In this document: in pieces, positions 60,032 to 63,740 of the stretch
Position numbering within the stretch: position 1 is the stretch's first letter
Layout of the letters: each line of letters opens with the position of its first letter
Source: an uncultured virus (IMG/VR IMGVR_UViG_3300020183_000016)
Lineage: Duplodnaviria; Heunggongvirae; Uroviricota; Caudoviricetes
DNA: 63,740 nucleotides
Virus record (IMG/VR): IMGVR_UViG_3300020183_000016
Location: 62,001-125,740 of that record
Reading direction: 5' to 3' (one strand)
Position numbers and translations under genes: made by a program
The notes under the pieces: model-generated
Seen by the model: only the letters and a program-made list of their open reading frames with translations
Databases searched by the model: none
Told to the model about the DNA's origin: nothing

Positions 60032-60109
60032 GGGTAAGAGCGTAATGAGGCACGGTGCCGAGTCCCGTAAAAAGGTTGTTCATTGTGGGTTCGAATCCCA
60101 CCTTACCCA
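60032..60109 (+). tRNA. tRNA-like RNA with unrecognisable anticodon arm
   Basis: GGGTAAG/CTTACCC acceptor; GTGGG-TTCGAAT-CCCAC T arm; middle region does not form a normal anticodon stem-loop. Confidence 0.65.
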
Positions 60110-60111
60110 TT

Positions 60112-60879
60112 TGACACATAAACTTAGGTACCCGTACAGCTATGAGATGGGCTAAGTTATATATTTTTTGAATTTCCATATACTTATAATAAAGTATTGG
60201 TTATGGACTATAAAAAAATATATGAATCGATTATCCATAGAGGTAAAAACAGAAAACTAAATACCTATAAGGAAAAACATCATATTATTCCGAAATGTAT
60301 GGGAGGTAGTGATGATGACACAAATTTAGTAGAATTAACTGCTAAAGAACATTTTATTTGTCATTTACTTTTGTGTGAAATATACCCTAATGAAAATACA
60401 CTTAAAAGTGCTAGATGGGCTATGACTTGTTTAAAAAGTAAAAATCATAATAGGAAGTATATTGTATCTTCTTCTCAATATGATAGAATAAAAAATGAAA
60501 TGGCATTGTTAAAAAAAGGTGTAAAACGTAGTGATGAGGTTAAAGAAAAAATATCGAACTTTCGTAAAGGTATAACACATTCAGAAGAAACTAAAAAAAA
60601 GATTTCAGATAAAATGAAAAATAGGGTTCAATCTGAAGAACACAAGTTAAATCAATCTTTATCCAAAAAAGGACAAATCCCTTGGAATAAGGGTATTCAT
60701 ATTTCTGAAGAAACTAAAATAAAAATATCTTTATCGAGAAAAAAAGGAATAAGTACGTAGATATGTCTGTGCCAATTATCTTTAAATAACTTAGGAAACG
60801 TACAGAAACCTAATGTAGCGTACCGCTTTTCCATATATGATTTCTCGGTGCTGGGAGTAGAATGCCTAAGAGTGTGTCA
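60112..60879 (+). ncRNA. Structured RNA enclosing an HNH homing-endonuclease ORF
   Basis: Nested pairings tgacacat/gtgtgtca, cttaggta/tgcctaag, cagc/gctg, and ctaagttat (60152-60160)/ataacttag (60786-60794) closing the ORF loop. Confidence 0.6.
60203..60760 (+). CDS. HNH homing endonuclease with NUMOD3 repeats
   Basis: EKHHIIPKCMGGSDD.TNLVELTAKEHFICHLLL; HSEETKKKIS, PWNKG..SEETK.KIS. Confidence 0.9.
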   Translation: MDYKKIYESIIHRGKNRKLNTYKEKHHIIPKCMGGSDDDTNLVELTAKEHFICHLLLCEIYPNENTLKSARWAMTCLKSKNHNRKYIVSSSQYDRIKNEMALLKKGVKRSDEVKEKISNFRKGITHSEETKKKISDKMKNRVQSEEHKLNQSLSKKGQIPWNKGIHISEETKIKISLSRKKGIST

Positions 60880-60883
60880 TTAT

Positions 60884-60971
60884 AGTCAGGTGGTGTATAT
60901 TGGTAACACCCTTCATTATCAGGTTTAAAAGAACTGGAAGGACGAAATGGGTTCGAATCCTGTCCTGACTA
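60884..60971 (+). tRNA. tRNA-like RNA with enlarged (22-nt) anticodon loop
   Basis: AGTCAGG/CCTGACT acceptor; CCTTC/GAAGG stem around 22 nt; ATGGG-TTCGAAT-CCTGT T arm. Confidence 0.7.
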
Positions 60972-61127
60972 CTCTAATTAAGCTAGTTTATAAACAGTCT
61001 TTGAGGCGAGACGGGTACCTCATCACTACCACCTTATTTATAACCAATATAGATTATCTAAAAATTTGTTAAAAAATTTTTTAGTATCATTATTTTTATT
61101 ATCTTTGTTTCATTAAATCAAATAACT

Positions 61128-61358
61128 ATGGGAACAAGCTTAGGAAGAATGATTGTGGTAAAGTACCAAATCTTAAAAGAAGGTGTTAAAAAAAATCAAT
61201 TCACTATTGATGAAATTGATACTATTACTAGAGAACTTTTGGATTATCTATCCGAATTAACAGTTCGTGGTATCACAGAAATTGGTGACGAAACAGTTGA
61301 TCAATATAAAGAACGAGTTTGGAATCTTATTGAAAGAGTCGGATTATTACCTGAATAG
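61128..61358 (+). CDS. Hypothetical protein
   Basis: 76-aa ORF after a TAnnTTTG promoter. Confidence 0.65.
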   Translation: MGTSLGRMIVVKYQILKEGVKKNQFTIDEIDTITRELLDYLSELTVRGITEIGDETVDQYKERVWNLIERVGLLPE

Positions 61359-61360
61359 TT

Positions 61361-62095
61361 ATGCCACAGATATATAAAGTAGGTGGTTGTGTTAGAGATG
61401 GTATGTTAGGTATTGAATCTAAGGATATCGACTTCACATTTGTTCTAGATAATATAGATAGAACGGTGGAAGAAGGATTCCAAATAATGACAGATTGGTT
61501 AACACATAAGGAGTTTACAATATTCCTATCTACACCAGAAATGTTTACAATTAGAGCTAAATTCCCTAAAGGTGATATGAATGAAGGATTGGTTGCGGAC
61601 TTTGTGTTGGCTAGAAAAGAAGTAGGGTATAAAGAAGGTACTAGACAACCTATTTTAGAATTAGGTACACTAGAAGATGATCTTATCAGAAGAGATTTCA
61701 CTCTTAATGCTATGGCAGTTGACTACGATGGTAATCTAATAGATTTATTTGGGGGTAAAGGACATTTAGAGGCAAGACTCCTAAAAACTCCTTTACCTGC
61801 CGAACAAACAATGTTGGATGATCCTCTCAGATTTTTAAGGGCGTTAAGATTTTCTATAACAAAGGGATTCTTCATTCATGAGTCAATCTTTAGATCGATG
61901 GAACAACCTGACATAATGGAAAAATTAGAGAAGGTAGTTTCTGCCGAAAGAATTAGAGAGGAAGTTTTAAAAATGATGAAACATGATACTGTCGCATCAT
62001 TAACTTTATTTGGTATGGTGGAAAAAAGAATACCTGGTTTTACCAAATTAATATTCAGTAAAGGATTATGGTTAAAACCTACCTTTGAATTATAA
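61361..62095 (+). CDS. tRNA nucleotidyltransferase (class II CCA-adding/poly(A) polymerase family), short form
   Basis: VGGCVRD..KDIDF, EDDLIRRDFTLNAMA, DDPLRFLRALRF, VSAERIREE. Confidence 0.9.
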   Translation: MPQIYKVGGCVRDGMLGIESKDIDFTFVLDNIDRTVEEGFQIMTDWLTHKEFTIFLSTPEMFTIRAKFPKGDMNEGLVADFVLARKEVGYKEGTRQPILELGTLEDDLIRRDFTLNAMAVDYDGNLIDLFGGKGHLEARLLKTPLPAEQTMLDDPLRFLRALRFSITKGFFIHESIFRSMEQPDIMEKLEKVVSAERIREEVLKMMKHDTVASLTLFGMVEKRIPGFTKLIFSKGLWLKPTFEL

Positions 62096-62143
62096 CCTAT
62101 TGATTTTTATCAAAATTTTAATTAAACTTAAAAAAAATAATAT

Positions 62144-63740
62144 ATGAAGTTTAAAGACGTAACAGAAAAAGACAAAGAATATGCTTATTCTATCTACACC
62201 GACAAAAATTTAAAGTGGGATGAAAGAATGTCTATCCTAATTGAGTATTTCGATAGATCGGAAAGAACTATTAGAAAATGGTGCTCAGAAAAGTTCAATT
62301 TCAAAGAGAAAGTGGATAAAGAGTCCGAACAATTTGAATCTGCCAAATTAAGAAAGTATAATAAAGATAAAAAAATATTTTTAATTACTTGGGCACAAAA
62401 CAATACACCTGTCCACAATGGACTCCTTACAAATATGGAGGCATACGCAGAACATTTGGGGGCAGATATACACGTTATTGCTGGTAGATATAAGAACCCA
62501 ACATCCGTATGGACTAGTAATCAAGAAAATAATGAGTTTTGGGATGATAAGGTGGTAAAATATTTAGATGCGAATAGACACGACATACATAAATATGTCT
62601 CTATTTTATCTGATGTAAAGATACAACCAACCGCAGTTGATCCTATGACAGGATTACAAGGTTTGAGTGGTATTAATTCTTGTATATTTGGTTCACCAAA
62701 AGTTCATTTAGAGACAATTCCAGTTTTAGTTAATCAAAAACCTAAAATGATGTTAACTACGGGATCCATAACTAAGAAGAATTATACAGATTCTAAATCA
62801 GGTAAGAAAGGTGAATTCCACCATACTTTTGGTTTTGTTATCGTTGAAATTAAAGATGAAGATACTTTCTTTGTTAGACAAGTCACTGCCGATGATAAGA
62901 ATGGTAATTTTTCTGATTTATATCATAGGGTAGAAAAAGGTGTAATTACTAAAAATTCATCTGTATCTGCAATAGTTTTGGGTGATGTTCACTATGGACA
63001 TCACGATGAAGATGTATTGAATTCTACATTTGGTTTGATGGGTGATTTAAAACCTAAACATGTTATTTTACATGATGTATTTGATGGGGATTCTATAAGT
63101 CACCACCAAATAAAAGATCCATTTGTTCAATACGGTAAAGAAATGAATGGTACAAATGATTTGGGTAAAGAGATAAATGTAATGATGGAACAACTTGATA
63201 AATTTAGTGGTTTTGATAATGTTGTCATTGTTAGATCAAATCACGATGATTTTGTTGATAGATGGTTAAAGAATGAGGATTGGAAAAAACAACCTACATT
63301 TAAAAATGCACCATTATATATGGATTTAAGTTCTAGACTTTTAAAACAATATGGTAAAAACCCTAGTGATGTTAAAGGGGTTATACCTGACATCATCAAC
63401 GAAAAATTCCCTAAATACATCACATTAGGTAGAAACGATTCTTATAAAGTTAAGAATTGGGAGTTAGGTCAACATGGAGACGTAGGTTCAAATGGTAGTA
63501 GAGGATCTTTACCTCAGTTCCGTAAATTGAATACTAAAATTGTTGTGGGACATTATCATTCACCAGGACGTAAAGATGGGGCATTGGCAGTAGGTACCAG
63601 TACTAAATTAAGAGTTGGTTACAATAACGGACCTAGTGGGTGGTTACAGTCACATGTTATCATTCACAATGATGGTAGGGCACAACATATCATCTTTAGT
63701 AGAGATAAAAATAAAGAGATTGGTTTTACTACTTTAAAAT
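62144..63740 (+). CDS. T5 A1-like protein (metallophosphoesterase-fold nuclease); stop codon lies beyond the window
   Basis: Absent from ORF track; open from ATG 62144 for 532 codons: TWAQNNTPVH, RYKNPTS, LGDVHYG, HDVFDG.SISHH, SNHD, QHGD.GSNGSRGS, GHYHSP. Confidence 0.8.
   Translation, partial: MKFKDVTEKDKEYAYSIYTDKNLKWDERMSILIEYFDRSERTIRKWCSEKFNFKEKVDKESEQFESAKLRKYNKDKKIFLITWAQNNTPVHNGLLTNMEAYAEHLGADIHVIAGRYKNPTSVWTSNQENNEFWDDKVVKYLDANRHDIHKYVSILSDVKIQPTAVDPMTGLQGLSGINSCIFGSPKVHLETIPVLVNQKPKMMLTTGSITKKNYTDSKSGKKGEFHHTFGFVIVEIKDEDTFFVRQVTADDKNGNFSDLYHRVEKGVITKNSSVSAIVLGDVHYGHHDEDVLNSTFGLMGDLKPKHVILHDVFDGDSISHHQIKDPFVQYGKEMNGTNDLGKEINVMMEQLDKFSGFDNVVIVRSNHDDFVDRWLKNEDWKKQPTFKNAPLYMDLSSRLLKQYGKNPSDVKGVIPDIINEKFPKYITLGRNDSYKVKNWELGQHGDVGSNGSRGSLPQFRKLNTKIVVGHYHSPGRKDGALAVGTSTKLRVGYNNGPSGWLQSHVIIHNDGRAQHIIFSRDKNKEIGFTTLK

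Noticed and set aside
14435..63423. Numerous antisense ORFs in the track (e.g. 14435, 15128, 19087, 21824, 31062, 36130, 51599, 61327, 62194, 63241)
   Set aside because: They lie opposite well-supported genes and show the F/L/S/I-rich composition of antisense shadows.
1..63740. Genome-wide stop-codon reassignment (code 4 or 15)
   Set aside because: Long genes are intact in code 11; TGA and TAG end many tightly packed genes; only two internal stops seen; no suppressor tRNA in the window.

Overview
AT-rich, gene-dense segment of a large (probably jumbo) tailed dsDNA phage, most likely infecting Bacteroidota. Host evidence: about 15 intergenic TAnnTTTG(-7) promoters, many with TTTG(-33); a Bacteroidota-type primary sigma factor; an Hc1 histone-like gene; a T9SS-substrate-like propeller domain. 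Left to right: tail fibre/baseplate genes (1-8.8 kb); RuvC, primase, exonuclease, SbcD/SbcC and sigma factor (8.8-18 kb); virion-like and lysis genes (18-34 kb); a DUF2828/Ro60-like gene followed by two structured ncRNA candidates; DnaJ; two DNA methyltransferases; a tmRNA interrupted by a group I intron in its T-loop; RNA-repair-type phosphoesterases; a dense RNA island (58.76-61.05 kb); a CCA-adding enzyme; and a T5 A1-like nuclease running off the end. The most unusual content is non-coding. Three boxA-preceded RNA loci hold two canonical tRNAs, several tRNA-like RNAs without a normal anticodon arm (three share one acceptor stem), and repeated structured RNA motifs that occur both empty and with an ORF in a loop. 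All protein calls come from motifs recognised by eye and all RNA structures from manual pairing; no database searches were run.
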